DNA from: a virus
DNA length: 64,000 nt
IMG/VR virus record: IMGVR_UViG_3300022752_004829
Span: 19,359-83,358 of that record
Direction: 5' to 3' (one strand)
Shown here: positions 39,109-51,400 of the stretch, piece by piece
How the letters are laid out: every line of letters begins with the position of its first letter
Numbering within the stretch: position 1 is the first letter of the stretch
Position numbers and translations under genes: made by a program
Notes under the pieces: generated by a model
Databases searched by the model: none
What the model was told of the DNA's origin: nothing
Seen by the model: only the letters and a program-made list of their open reading frames with translations

Positions 39109-39839
39109 AACTTAATAAAATTAAAAAATTTATTAAAAATCATGCTTTAGAAGAATTTCCTAAAGAATGTTGTGGTTTTATAGTAGAAAAAGAAAATGAC
39201 TTCTATTGCATTAAATCAGATAATATAGCTAAAATACCAACTAGAGACTTTAAAATAAAAATCTCTGATTATCTAAATATAAAAAATCAATATAATATAT
39301 TATATATATATCATAGTCATTGCGATGAAAAGTATACAGAATTTTCTGGAAAAGATATTTTAAGTTCCGATGGAATAGGAATTAATTATCTATTACATGT
39401 AGTAAATACTGATATATTTAAAACATATGAAGCAAATAGTTTTTCTAAAAAATATATTGGAAGAATTTATGAATATAAAAAATATGATTGTATGACTTTA
39501 ATTTTAGATTTCTTAAAAAATGAATTTAATCTTTCTATAAATGTTGATTCACTATATGATTTCTTTGAGAAAAATGGATATATGCATGCAGATGTAACGA
39601 ATCTCGTAGAAAAGGTTTTTCTTGAATCTAAAAAATTAGAAAAGATAAATGATTTAGAAAATATTAAAAAAAATGATATATTCTTAATGAAAAACCATCT
39701 AAATAAAGCTTGTCATTTTTCAATTTATATGGGAGATGATAAAGTGCTTCATCATACACCAGATCGCTTTTCTAGAATAGAAGATTATTCTAGTGGATGG
39801 AAAAAAAAGACAGTCTTAGCATTTAGGGTTAATAATTAA
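39105..39839 (+). CDS. Tail assembly protein, lambda gpK-like (JAB/MPN + NlpC/P60)
   Basis: HA.EE.P.ECCG, YHSH......S..D; GR.Y....DC and H..IY.G...LHH. Confidence 0.88.
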   Translation: MKLNKIKKFIKNHALEEFPKECCGFIVEKENDFYCIKSDNIAKIPTRDFKIKISDYLNIKNQYNILYIYHSHCDEKYTEFSGKDILSSDGIGINYLLHVVNTDIFKTYEANSFSKKYIGRIYEYKKYDCMTLILDFLKNEFNLSINVDSLYDFFEKNGYMHADVTNLVEKVFLESKKLEKINDLENIKKNDIFLMKNHLNKACHFSIYMGDDKVLHHTPDRFSRIEDYSSGWKKKTVLAFRVNN

Positions 39840-39840
39840 T

Positions 39841-40620
39841 ATGGTAAAAGTAACTTTACATGGAAAATTAGGTGAAGACATAGGTCCTGAATGGGATCTA
39901 GATGTCAAAAGCGTACAGGAAGCATTTCGGGCAATTGAGGCTAATACTAGAAAATTAAAAAAATGGATGTTTAATCAAGGCTCTCAATATTCTTTGTCTA
40001 TCTTTATAAATAAAAAACCAATTGATCTTAGTAATCAAAAAAATATTAAATCTTCCGAGATATTTTTTATTTTTAATAATCAATTAAAATCTATAGATGT
40101 TATTCCAGATATAGAAGGATCTATAACATTACCAAGTTGGGCAGAGAGGTGGGCTTCTCCAGTTTTAGGAATAGTGGGTGGTGCAGCTAGTATCGGCGCG
40201 GGAGTTTGGTTAGACAATGATTTTTCTCCATACTTAGTAACTGCAGGAGTAGGCCTAATAAGCGCTGGCGTAACCTCATTATTAGCTAAACCTCCACCAA
40301 ATATACCTTATCAAGCTCAACAGGCCACAACTCAAACTCAAGGAGCAATCGGGCAAAATGGAGGTCCACAATCTTACCTGTTTAATGGCCCAGTAAATAT
40401 TGTTGGAGAAGGTGGTCCAGTTCCAGTAGGTTATGGGCAATTGATGGTTGGAAGTAATGCTGTTAATGTCTTTTATGAAAATCTTTATCTTACAAATAGG
40501 AGGAGTGTATATACTGATCCGACGGATGTTAGATATCTACAAGATACAAATCAAGGTTATCAATATCCATTTAATGAGCAAATGATGCTTATTAGTCAAA
40601 AAGCAGGATATAACGTTTAA
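39841..40620 (+). CDS. Tail assembly protein, lambda gpI-like
   Basis: V.LHG.LG, EA.RA ubiquitin-like N-terminus, SYLFNGP.N and PVPVGYG.L.VGS. Confidence 0.88.
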   Translation: MVKVTLHGKLGEDIGPEWDLDVKSVQEAFRAIEANTRKLKKWMFNQGSQYSLSIFINKKPIDLSNQKNIKSSEIFFIFNNQLKSIDVIPDIEGSITLPSWAERWASPVLGIVGGAASIGAGVWLDNDFSPYLVTAGVGLISAGVTSLLAKPPPNIPYQAQQATTQTQGAIGQNGGPQSYLFNGPVNIVGEGGPVPVGYGQLMVGSNAVNVFYENLYLTNRRSVYTDPTDVRYLQDTNQGYQYPFNEQMMLISQKAGYNV

Positions 40621-40623
40621 TTT

Positions 40624-43600
40624 ATGCCTGGAAATCCAAATCTTTTTAGTGAGGGGTATGAAGGCATAGATTATGTCAGTAATATGGGAATCATGTGGGG
40701 TAATTCTGATATTCCAGATTCATATGCAGCAAGGCATTTTGGTGGAGGTCATACTCTAATTTTTAGTGGTTATGATTGGTGGGGAGCTAATGCTTTTAAT
40801 ACTACTTTATCTTATGCATGGAGTGGTATAGTAGGACCAAGATCACCAATTATAGATTTAACTGGCTCAATGTGGAATGGAAGTGGTACATCAAATATTT
40901 GGCCAAATAATATATTTTTCCAAACAGGAAATACTAGAATACATTGGGATACTCGAAGAGGAGTAGGAGTAGTTACAGATGAAGTTGGAAGATTTTGGAC
41001 TGTTCCACCAGATCCAGATTTTCAAAGACTTTATCATACGGGTGCGCCTAGTTTAAGAACATTATATACTATTCCAAATAGAGTTGGATATAGAGAATTT
41101 TATAATGTTCGTCCATCAGAATCAGGATACTATGATGTCTCAATATCTACATCTCAAAATGTTCACATTTTAGATTTAATATCCGAAGGACCAATTGAAG
41201 GGCTTGTAACAGGATTATATACATATAATGTAAGTGGTAAATCTGCTGGAGATATTGGTTATACATCTTATACTTTTAACCCATTTACTTCACAGAATGC
41301 AGGAGTAGTTTCATCTATATTGGATCCTAGTATAACTATTCCACCAGAAGCTAGATCAATATATTGGAATGATACCCCAGTAGCTACAAATGACGGACTT
41401 TTAAATTTTAGATATACAAACTATAAATTTGATTATGGATCAACAAATATACATACCGTTTCTCAACCATATGTTTATCTATACGAAGATAGATTTCATT
41501 ACGATGGTTACCAAGTTGATAAAAATAAAGTTCCAGTATTGACCGCAAATACTACTCAAGTAAATGAAAGATTATATGGACCATTTTTCTATAGTGGTAT
41601 TGTCTCAGGTTTAATACCTCAGAAAAAATATTATGTATATAATACAGACGCGGACGCAATTAAAATTATTTATAATGTTAATGCTTTATATTCAAATATT
41701 GTTTCTGGAGAATACGCTGGTACATCACTAAGAGACCAAATAAAAATGGGTGTTAAATTATATAGAGTATTTTCTGATAGAAGAGAATCTTTAGCTACTA
41801 CAAGATATATTCAATCAAATCCAGAAAAATGGGCAAGCGATAGCTTTCTTATAAAAGGAAAAATTACTCAACCAGCTTTGATGCATTATACTTTTTGGCT
41901 AAGGCCTTATGCAGATAATGGATTTTTAGTTGAAGTTTTACCAGATCAAATTGGTTGGGCAATTGAAGTACAGAAAATTACAGAAGAATTTTCTCAAAGC
42001 GCAAGATCAAATGCGACTTTCGTTAATAGTATTACAGAAGTATACGCGAATAGATTTACATATCCAAACTCAGCAATGATGTATAATGTATTTAATTCAA
42101 AGTATTTCTCTGAAATTCCAACTAGAAAATATAAAGTACGGCTTTTAAAAGTTAAAGTCCCAATAAATTATGATCCAATAGGCAAAACATATAGTGGGGC
42201 ATGGAATGGACAATTTAAATTAGCCTGGACAGATAATCCAGCCTGGTGTTTTTATGATATAGTAACGAGCAATAGATTTGGATTAGGAAAATATATAAAT
42301 AGTGCTTTGGTTGATAAATGGTCTCTATATGAAATTTCTCAATATTGTGATCAATTAGTTCCAGATGGATATGGAGGATTAGAGCCTAGATTTACATGTA
42401 ATTTACTTATGACAGCTAGAGAAGAAGCCTATAAAGTATTAAATGATATGGCTTCTATTTTTAATGGTTTAGTTTATTATAATGCTGGTTTAATTTTCGT
42501 TAGTCAAGATCGCCCAAAAGATCCAATTTATACTTTTAACTCAAGTAATGTTGTTAATGGTGAATTTAGATATTCAAATAGCTCAAAAAGAGTGCGCAGA
42601 TCTGTTGCCCTTGTTAGATTTAATGATGAATATAATAATTATTTACCTGCAGTTGAATATGTAGAAGATAGAAATAGCGTATTAAAATATGGCATTAGAG
42701 AAGTAGAAGTTACAGCATTTGGATGCACAAAAAGAAGTCAAGCGAGAAGATTAGGAAAATGGTATTTGACTAGTGAAAATCTAGAAACAGAAACGGTAAA
42801 CTTTGATGTTGGTTTAGATGGAAATTTTCTAAGACCAGGAGATATCATAGATCTATATGATGAAAATAGAAAGAATAGGGTCTTCGCAGGTAGGACTTTA
42901 ACGTTTAATAGTAGTGAAGCAATACTAGACGTACCGTATAATAATTCAAATTTATTTGCTTTTACTGGAGTTGTGAATCCAATTTCTATTAATTTTTTAA
43001 CACCAACATATAATTTAAATTTTGGAACTTATTTGGGAGATTTATATATAACTGGATTTCCAAATTCTACCAGTTCTAGCGGAATTTCAGGAATTAATTC
43101 TAATTTTATAAGAAGATCGCAAATTCAAAAATTAACAATAACAGACCCAAAAAATTACGCTTCTCAAGGCACTGGTAATTATACAGGATTTTTAAGAATA
43201 ACATTTCCTTCTGGTCTTAATAGCACAGATTATATTCTTCCAAATAATACAGTCTGGACCATAGACTATAATGCGGCAATTTATTCTGGAAGTAATTTAG
43301 GATTGAATAATAGATATAATATAAATAGTCAAAAAGATCAAAATTTACTTTATCCTGGTTGGTACTTAGAGGGTTACCTAAATGATATAAAACCTTATAG
43401 AATAGTAGATGTAAGGCATAAAGAAGATTCGATATATTCCGTAACAGCGCTTGAGTATACTCCACAGAAATATACAGATATTGTTACTGGCGAATCTTTA
43501 ATTTCTGTTCCTACTAAAATACCTGCTCCAGATTCGCCATCTCTTTCTCTTTCTATTTTATATAGAGATCCAGCTGGAAATTATGGGCCAAATGGAAGTT

Positions 43601-44004
43601 CGCCAGCTTATACAATTGATAAAACTGGAGTTAATTCTGTAGCTTATTCAATAACTCCTCCTTCAAATTCTGGCGTAGTTTCATTTTATAATATATATAG
43701 AAGATTAGGATCTAATTTTAATACCCCAATTCAAGCAGGAGACTTATTTGATGTTCAATCCGCGAATCTAAGAGGCCAAACTTTAGTATTACCTATAGCT
43801 AGCATTTCTGGAAATACTCCACCATTTTTCACGCCAACAGGCATTGGTACTTGGTATATAGGTTTAGAAGCAGTAAATGCATATGGAGAAAAATCTCCAT
43901 TTGTAAGCGGAACAATAACACTAAGTTCTCAAGCTCCATTAGCTACTGTATTAGCTTCTGGATTTAATATTGTTGGTGGTAATAATTTACCAGATAATAT
44001 ATAA
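40624..44004 (+). CDS. Central tail tip / host-specificity protein, lambda gpJ-like
   Basis: DLISEGPIEGL, KVKVP.NYDP..Y.G.W.G.FK.AWTDNPAW, EPRFTCN, AFGCT..QA.R.G.W and PGDII. Confidence 0.92.
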   Translation: MPGNPNLFSEGYEGIDYVSNMGIMWGNSDIPDSYAARHFGGGHTLIFSGYDWWGANAFNTTLSYAWSGIVGPRSPIIDLTGSMWNGSGTSNIWPNNIFFQTGNTRIHWDTRRGVGVVTDEVGRFWTVPPDPDFQRLYHTGAPSLRTLYTIPNRVGYREFYNVRPSESGYYDVSISTSQNVHILDLISEGPIEGLVTGLYTYNVSGKSAGDIGYTSYTFNPFTSQNAGVVSSILDPSITIPPEARSIYWNDTPVATNDGLLNFRYTNYKFDYGSTNIHTVSQPYVYLYEDRFHYDGYQVDKNKVPVLTANTTQVNERLYGPFFYSGIVSGLIPQKKYYVYNTDADAIKIIYNVNALYSNIVSGEYAGTSLRDQIKMGVKLYRVFSDRRESLATTRYIQSNPEKWASDSFLIKGKITQPALMHYTFWLRPYADNGFLVEVLPDQIGWAIEVQKITEEFSQSARSNATFVNSITEVYANRFTYPNSAMMYNVFNSKYFSEIPTRKYKVRLLKVKVPINYDPIGKTYSGAWNGQFKLAWTDNPAWCFYDIVTSNRFGLGKYINSALVDKWSLYEISQYCDQLVPDGYGGLEPRFTCNLLMTAREEAYKVLNDMASIFNGLVYYNAGLIFVSQDRPKDPIYTFNSSNVVNGEFRYSNSSKRVRRSVALVRFNDEYNNYLPAVEYVEDRNSVLKYGIREVEVTAFGCTKRSQARRLGKWYLTSENLETETVNFDVGLDGNFLRPGDIIDLYDENRKNRVFAGRTLTFNSSEAILDVPYNNSNLFAFTGVVNPISINFLTPTYNLNFGTYLGDLYITGFPNSTSSSGISGINSNFIRRSQIQKLTITDPKNYASQGTGNYTGFLRITFPSGLNSTDYILPNNTVWTIDYNAAIYSGSNLGLNNRYNINSQKDQNLLYPGWYLEGYLNDIKPYRIVDVRHKEDSIYSVTALEYTPQKYTDIVTGESLISVPTKIPAPDSPSLSLSILYRDPAGNYGPNGSSPAYTIDKTGVNSVAYSITPPSNSGVVSFYNIYRRLGSNFNTPIQAGDLFDVQSANLRGQTLVLPIASISGNTPPFFTPTGIGTWYIGLEAVNAYGEKSPFVSGTITLSSQAPLATVLASGFNIVGGNNLPDNI

Positions 44005-44006
44005 TT

Positions 44007-44843
44007 ATGAATAAGATATTCTCAAAAGATATAGAAATTAAATGGAATATATATCCTAATATTCCAGCATATATTAGTAAAGAATTAGATTTTTTCAACA
44101 TGTTATCTTTTAATGTTTCTATTATTAATCCAGATGGTATTATGCTGGACAGAAAAAATCAAGTATTATCTATCAATAATGAATTTATCATAGATGCAGA
44201 TAGCTTAAATGAATATTTTGATGGAAATAGACCAGTTTTGTATGAATATGCTTCGGGAAATACTCGCGGATTATATGAGATTACAGAAGTAAAAAAGATA
44301 CTGCCTCAGAATTTTATATATACATTAGAAGATAATTATAATCACTTTTTAAAATTATATAATAAAAAAGGATTTTTTAAATCACTTTCTTTTGAAATTA
44401 AATATGATAATTTTGATATTTATAAAAAATTAGATATAGAATATGATATTTTTAAAATAGAAGATTTTAATAAAATTTTCTTAAATATCTATAAAAATTC
44501 TGATGATTTATCATTAAAATTTAAGATAAATAAAAAAGAATATTTCAATTCAAAATCTAATGGACTCTATATTATTCCTTATGATTTAAAGACAAATAAA
44601 CAGTTAAATACAATTTATATAAATAATATACATGATAAATGGCTTAATACATCCGAAGAAATAAAAATTCTAACGACTCCATTTAATGATAATTCAATTA
44701 TTGAAAGCAATTTTCTAAAATTAGATATATTTTATTTTAATGAATCTCAATCTAAAATTTTAGATTTTTTTAAAGATAAAATGTCTGATATAGAGTTTCA
44801 AGATTTTAAAAAGAATATTTTAAAGATCAAACTTATAATATAG
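44007..44843 (+). CDS. Hypothetical protein (possibly the 5' part of a frameshifted gene)
   Basis: 278-aa AT-rich ORF ending just after an in-frame T TTA AAG heptamer. Confidence 0.55.
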   Translation: MNKIFSKDIEIKWNIYPNIPAYISKELDFFNMLSFNVSIINPDGIMLDRKNQVLSINNEFIIDADSLNEYFDGNRPVLYEYASGNTRGLYEITEVKKILPQNFIYTLEDNYNHFLKLYNKKGFFKSLSFEIKYDNFDIYKKLDIEYDIFKIEDFNKIFLNIYKNSDDLSLKFKINKKEYFNSKSNGLYIIPYDLKTNKQLNTIYINNIHDKWLNTSEEIKILTTPFNDNSIIESNFLKLDIFYFNESQSKILDFFKDKMSDIEFQDFKKNILKIKLII

Positions 44844-44845
44844 GA

Positions 44846-45490
44846 ATGGTCTATAAAGAAAATCTTATAAATCAGACTATTTCTTATTTTCAAGCACCAT
44901 TATATCTATTTAATTCTGAAAGTTTATCTAATATTTCTTGGCCTACAGAAGAAGTTGATGTTTTTGGATGTAACTTTAAGAACTATTTCCCAATCTCTAA
45001 TAAAGAATCAGACAATTTTACATTTTCGTTATCCAAGATACTTAGCATTGAAGATTCTACGGCTAATGATTACAAAAATTCTGAAAATATACCTAATAAT
45101 TTATTAGGGTTTTTTATAAAGAATGAAAACAATCAATTTATATATAAAGATATAAATTCAGATCTACCATATTTTAAATATTCAAATATAAGAAATGCTT
45201 CGATCTTAAAGATAGAAAAAACAGAGTCTATTACAAGAATTTATATTGAATTTGTCACTTTATTCCCTAACTATAATTCAATATACATAGAAAATATAAG
45301 CCAAAATTTATATTTCTTACAGAAATATTATAAATCATTTAGTGAAAATACTTATGCAACCTTTTTATTCTATTATGAATATGACAATAAATTAACCCAA
45401 GATTATTTAACTAGTAATCCACAAGATGCAAATAGAATTATACAAGATTCAAAACTAATTAATTTTAGTTTAAAGTTACTTCCTCAATAA
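44846..45490 (+). CDS. Hypothetical protein (possibly the 3' part of a frameshifted gene)
   Basis: 214-aa ORF whose frame is open back to 44810, i.e. the -1 frame of the upstream ORF. Confidence 0.5.
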   Translation: MVYKENLINQTISYFQAPLYLFNSESLSNISWPTEEVDVFGCNFKNYFPISNKESDNFTFSLSKILSIEDSTANDYKNSENIPNNLLGFFIKNENNQFIYKDINSDLPYFKYSNIRNASILKIEKTESITRIYIEFVTLFPNYNSIYIENISQNLYFLQKYYKSFSENTYATFLFYYEYDNKLTQDYLTSNPQDANRIIQDSKLINFSLKLLPQ

Positions 45491-48400
45491 TCCACCTGGT
45501 CTTTGCTGCTCAGTTATTACTTTTATAACTTCGTTTCTTATCTTATTAGATAACTCTTTCGCTTTTGTGGCATAATCTGAGGAAGAAGTTTCTTGATTAT
45601 TATTGTCCATATTAGTTGCGGTTGCCGAACTATCTCCCAGATTAACAGAGATAGATATATTATTAACAAGTGAAGGCTCAATATTTGTTGCTCGTGAATT
45701 ATCTTTAATGTCCATGTTAGTGCCATCATTTGCTACATATCCACCATCAGCAAATTTTCTTATCTTGCCATTATTTAAGTTTTCAAAGAATTTTTTACCG
45801 TAAGTATTAACTGCGTCTTTCCTTATAACATATTCTCCACCCATTAACATTGCTGGAATATCATCCTTACCACTAGGCCCACCTTCTGCGAATTTAATAA
45901 ATCCTCCATCTTTAACATATTTAGCATATTTATAAGGATCAAAATCACCTGTCGCACTTCGATTTGCTGGGGTTGCTCTTCTAACCTGATTAGATCCAAA
46001 TAAGCTATAGAGACCTTCTCTAATTTTTGGTGCTCCGTATTTTTGAAAAGCTCCAGCGCCAATTGAGCCAGCTGCTCCTAAAAGACCACCTAATAAAGTG
46101 TTTTGTTGTTGATTACGAAAATTCTCTCTATTTTGTCTATTAATTTCATCTACCCTTATTCTTTCTTGGCGATTTCTTTCTATAGTATCAAGTATCGCCT
46201 GTTTATTGCTTTCATATAATGATAATCCTTCAGCAAGATAACTAATTAAAGCTTCTCTTTTTTCTATTGCAGATCTATTTTGTGGATCATTTTCATTTAA
46301 AATAGCATAGCTTGATAATAAAGGATCAAGTACGTATTCTCCAGCGCTTGGAAATCCTGGATTATCATATCTGTAAAATCCAGCTAGATTCGCTCTAAAT
46401 TCTCCAACAGAGGATACAAAATCAGAATATTGGCTAGTAATATTTATATCTTTATATTCTTCTATTGCTTTTAAGGCGCTTTCTAATTTATTCTTTGTAT
46501 TTAAATCTATTACTCTTCCATCTCCTTCTTTTGTAGAGTCTCTCAACATTTGAGCAAGCACTTGTTCTTGTTGGCTTAATTTAGATTCATCTACAGCAGG
46601 AATATCTAATTGTTGGGAAATATTCTTAGTCGTCTTGCTTTCGCTTAAATCAAAAGACCTTCCTCCACCGCCACCCATAGAAGGATAAAAGTCACGATCT
46701 ATTCCTGTTTCTGGATCAAATTCTCCACCATTAGCCATCTTTATTCCACCACCTTGATTTAATGCATGTAAGAAATTTTCCCCATATTTTCGGACTGAAG
46801 ATTTTTTAATAACATACTCGCCTTGACTCAACATCGCTGGTACATCGTCTTTTGTTCCTGAACCGCCTAATACTTTTCCTCCATTTGAAAATCTTTGTAT
46901 TCTATTGCTAGTTACATAACCACCTCCAGCGCCACCTAAAGGATTTTTGAAAAAGCTTGGGATTCCACCGATACTACTAAATAAAGAATTAGTTATTGCA
47001 TTAGTCGTCATCTCTAAAGCTAATTGCTGAATTCTTCTGCTAACATTTAAGGCCATGCTTTGGAATGCGTCTCCAACATTTTGAGTTCCATCTATAATAG
47101 ATTGGAATGCTTCATTAAACTGAGATTTCATTGTTCGAGCTGTATCAGAAGCAATATTATTTAAATCCCTAAATGCATCTTGAGTACCATATGTCATTTC
47201 ATCACTAAAAGCTCCAAATATATCAGTGACGCTACCTTGACCACTTCTAATCTTCTTCTCGCGTGCTGCATTTTGTAATTGTTTATATTCATCAGCAAAT
47301 AAAGTACCTTCTTTAAACCCAGCAATAGCTTTAAGACTATCAACTGCCGCAGATGTTGCATAATTTAATTTTATAATATTATCTCCAAGTTCTTTTTTCA
47401 ATTCGGATTCTCTTGCCGTATATATATTTAAAACTTCTGTTCTTAATGCAGCATCTCCAATAGAACTTCCTAGATCAACTGCATTCTTAGTAGTCATTGC
47501 TGCTGAATTAGCACTATTTTGCAAATTAATTTGTAAATTAGCAAATGCAAGATCTACGCTCCCACCTTTAGCTACAGTACTAGCAAAAGCTTTAAAAGCT
47601 GCTTCCCTTTCCTTGTCACCTTGAAGTCTTTTCTTCTCATCCAAAGTCGCTGCGCCAACTGCGCCAACATTTCCAGCATATAAATCTTTTAAAATTTGAC
47701 CTGGCTGAAGATCTGGTCTTCCTCTCATATATTCTTGATATAAATTATTAAAATCAGAAGATTGAATATTTTCTAATGCAAAATTTTTAATAGATTCATC
47801 TGGAGAAAATAGCTGATTAAATCTTGTAGCGAAATTTGTTAAATTTAATTCTGCTTTTTTTAATTCTTTTAATTGTTGCGTTACTAAAGCGCTTGCATTC
47901 TGAACATCTCCAAATACTTTTTGTAATATTTTTATTTTCTCTGTTAATGGTACAGTCTCATCTTTGAGTAAACGATCCAATTCATTTGCTAGTGAATTGG
48001 CTTTTTCTGGCTCAAGTTCTCCAATTTTACCTAAATTTAACACAAAAGATTTTAATTCAAGAGTTGAATTTTCAAATGCAGATGCTAAATCTTTTTCGTA
48101 AGCAAGTCTTTCTTTTTCGATTTGATAGACTCTTTGTTGTCTTTCTTCTGGATTTAATTCATATATATTTTTTGGAGGATTATTGGGATTAAAAGGATAA
48201 GGCGTTGTTCCAAATCCTCTTGGTTGATTATCTCCAAAATTTAATAATCCCCTAGTATTAAAACCAAATAAATCATTATCGGTAAATTCATTAATACTCA
48301 TTGTAGCTCTATCCGCAGCAACAGATGCAGCTTCAATAGATTCTGCGACTTGATTATTTAAATTATAATATTTTTCAGAAGCATTTGCTAGAATATCAAA

Positions 48401-51400
48401 TGACCCAAATAAATTTTTTTGTTCTATTAATAAATCTCCAATGTATTTACCACTAGTAGTTCGTATAGAAGTAAATTGTCTTAATAAATCTGTAAGATCT
48501 AAATTTTTTGCTCCATTTTTTAAATCTTTATCTACTCTCTCAATGAATTGATTAACAAAGTTTGCAGAAGCAATTTCATCTTGGGCAGCTTGAAGTGCAG
48601 CTTGTAACCCTTGCTCATTTGAATTAATATAAGCTTCTTCTAAAGCTTTCTGAACTTTTGGACTTACAGAGCTATAAATTCTTGCTAAAGCAGAGTCTCT
48701 TTCAGATTCAATTTTAGCCAAATCTGTAGGTGTTCCAGTTATATTTCCACTTTCAATACCAGCAGCTTTTTCTCTAGAAATTAAAAATGATTGAACATCT
48801 TCAGAAAATCTAGATACACGATTAGCAGAATCTCTAGAGTTTCTAGCTAATAATTCTGCATTATCATTTAAATTTTTAAACGCTTTAGTTAAACCAATTG
48901 TAACACCAATTAATCCTCCTATTGCTGCCCCGTAGGGACCAAATAAAGCTCCAGTTCCAGCAAATGCAGCAGTATCCCCTAAAACTGTCGTTCCAAATTT
49001 AACGGCTTTATTCTCTGGAAAAAATTCCTGCGCAATTTGACTAGTTATTGGAACTGCGATACTCGCTCCTATACCAATTCCTTGCAATCGAGAAGCAGCA
49101 GCCGATCTAGCGGCTCTACCTTGTTCAAGTCCTCCTCTAGCTAATTCTCCCGCTACACCACCTTGAGCAGCCCTTCTTTCTAATTGTTCTAGAGCTCTTC
49201 TTCCAGTAAAAATTCTTCCAGATTGTGATACTAAAGCTTCAGTTTCTGTTACTAATCTTCTATTAACTAAATCTGCCTGTCTTAAAGAATTATTTAATCT
49301 TGATAAAGAAGGTTCAGCAATATCAAACTGTCTAGAAAGTTGATCAATATTGAGTTTAGCTTCGCTAAAAGACTTTGATCCGTTTAAAACACTTTTAATT
49401 AAAGAACTAACTGCTACTTCTAATTCTTTTGATCCTTGACTTAAAATCGGACCCTGCTCCGCTTGGGAAGCGGTATATATTGCATAATTAGGTATAAATC
49501 CATTAGAAGCCCCAGCTTGTCTAGCATCTTGAAGAGAACTAAAACGGCTTATGCCTTGAGATAAACCCCTTGGTTCGTCTTTTGTGTTGTAAACTCCAAG
49601 TCCCATTGGATTTTTATTAGACATTAATAGTCTACTTTTACCAATTCTAATTGATTCCGCTGGAATACCTGCTTCAAGTTCTCTTCCTATAGAGGAAGCT
49701 AAAGCAGAAAAATTAGGTATATAACCTACAGAGGCTTTTGTTTTTACTCCACTTTTTAATTTATATCCCTTGGAAGAAGCGATTTTATTAGCCATACTTT
49801 CTGCATTTGAATCGTTTAAAGCATTTTTTACTTCTCCAATTGTAAATTTCCCTAAACCTTTTGCTCCTTTAAATGTTCGACTAAGTTTAGCTAATTCTGA
49901 TTGAGACAAATCTAGCGGAGCATTTGGATCATCAACAGCGCTAAAAATAGCAGATTTTAACCCTGCTTCAAAAACACCTCCAAGAGCAGATTCAATTGTA
50001 GATCTATTAACATTTGTATTTACATAATTCTCAAATCTTGCATCATCAAATAAATCTTTTGGCGTTAATGCTGCGTCATTTATAAATTTATATACAGATT
50101 GTTTTAATTTTCCTTGAATATCGTTATATAATTCTTCTCCAAGTCCAGCTGTTTGACCAGGAAATCCGAATGTTGAAAATAGAAAAGATGGAGATTCACC
50201 ACTATTTCGACTTACATATTTATTTGCTCTAGCAGATGTTGAACCAAGTCCTCCTCCTCCAAATGAAGGGTATACTAAAACTGCGCCAGTCCTTTCTATA
50301 TCTCCATCGCTTAATACTCCTCGCCCTCTACCAAGCAATCTAGATTCAGTTTTTAATTTATAAGCTTTTAGAGCTCTATCTTCAACAGATGAATCTAAGA
50401 AGAATCCACTAGTAGCACTGCCTCTAATATATTTTGAAAACTCTATATCTTTAGATAAGACTTCTGCCTGCTCATTGCTTATTTTTTTGAAACCTTGATT
50501 GACCAAACTGGCAGTAGAGACAAAATTAGGAATAAATCCTCGATTAGAATATGGATTAAAACCATATATAGAAGAAAAATTATTTTTATAGTTTGATCCT
50601 GCTCGACTATTCGAAGGAGGCATGATTGCTGGCTGAGAAAAACCAGGAAATCTTTTTACTTTTTCTGCTGAATTATAAATTGTTCTGCCCATTCCTGGTA
50701 TGTTCATTTCTTTAATTTTACCAGGCTTATAACCTCCAGCGAGAGCTCCATAGATTTCATCCATTACAAAATTAGGTATAAAACCACTAGACTTAGTTGT
50801 TATTTGCCCACCTTTTACAGTAACTCCTTTTCCTAATAATCCTCCTGTAATTGTAGATGATAATGTAGCAGCTTGTTGACGCAATAAATTTTGTTCTCTT
50901 AAAATATTTAAAATTTTATTTTCAACATCTAGAACAGTAATTTGCTTTGCATTGATTGCAGCTAAAAGCTGTGGCTCTTGAGCTAAGATTGATGAAATTT
51001 TGCCTTCAATTTGAGCTCTTTGCTCTGCTTGTTTACCTATTCCTAATAAAGTTTTTGCAGAAGTTGCTGCGAATTTTGTTAAATCTAAGAATAATTTTCC
51101 TATTACTGCTGTAACTAAAAGTAGACCTGGCCCAGATATAAATGTAGATAAACCTCCTAGTATTCCTTGTCCTATTTTTGTACCAACGCTCTCTGTATCT
51201 TGATTTGATACTATTTCTAATACATTATTTATATTTTTTAAAGTACTTTCTAAAGCAGGTTGAAATGCGCCAGCACCTATTTTTGCACCAAGTTGAGTAA
51301 AGTTTGTTAAAGTTCTATTAACTAAAGCTGATAACGTCTCATTTAGAGCTTCGTTTCTTTTTATAGCTTGATCAGTTGCGCTTCTTGAAGTATTTAAAGC

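Noticed and set aside
44841-44870. Stop-codon reassignment (TAG readthrough)
   Set aside because: Reading through TAG hits TAA within 9 codons, and conserved genes are full-length under the standard code.
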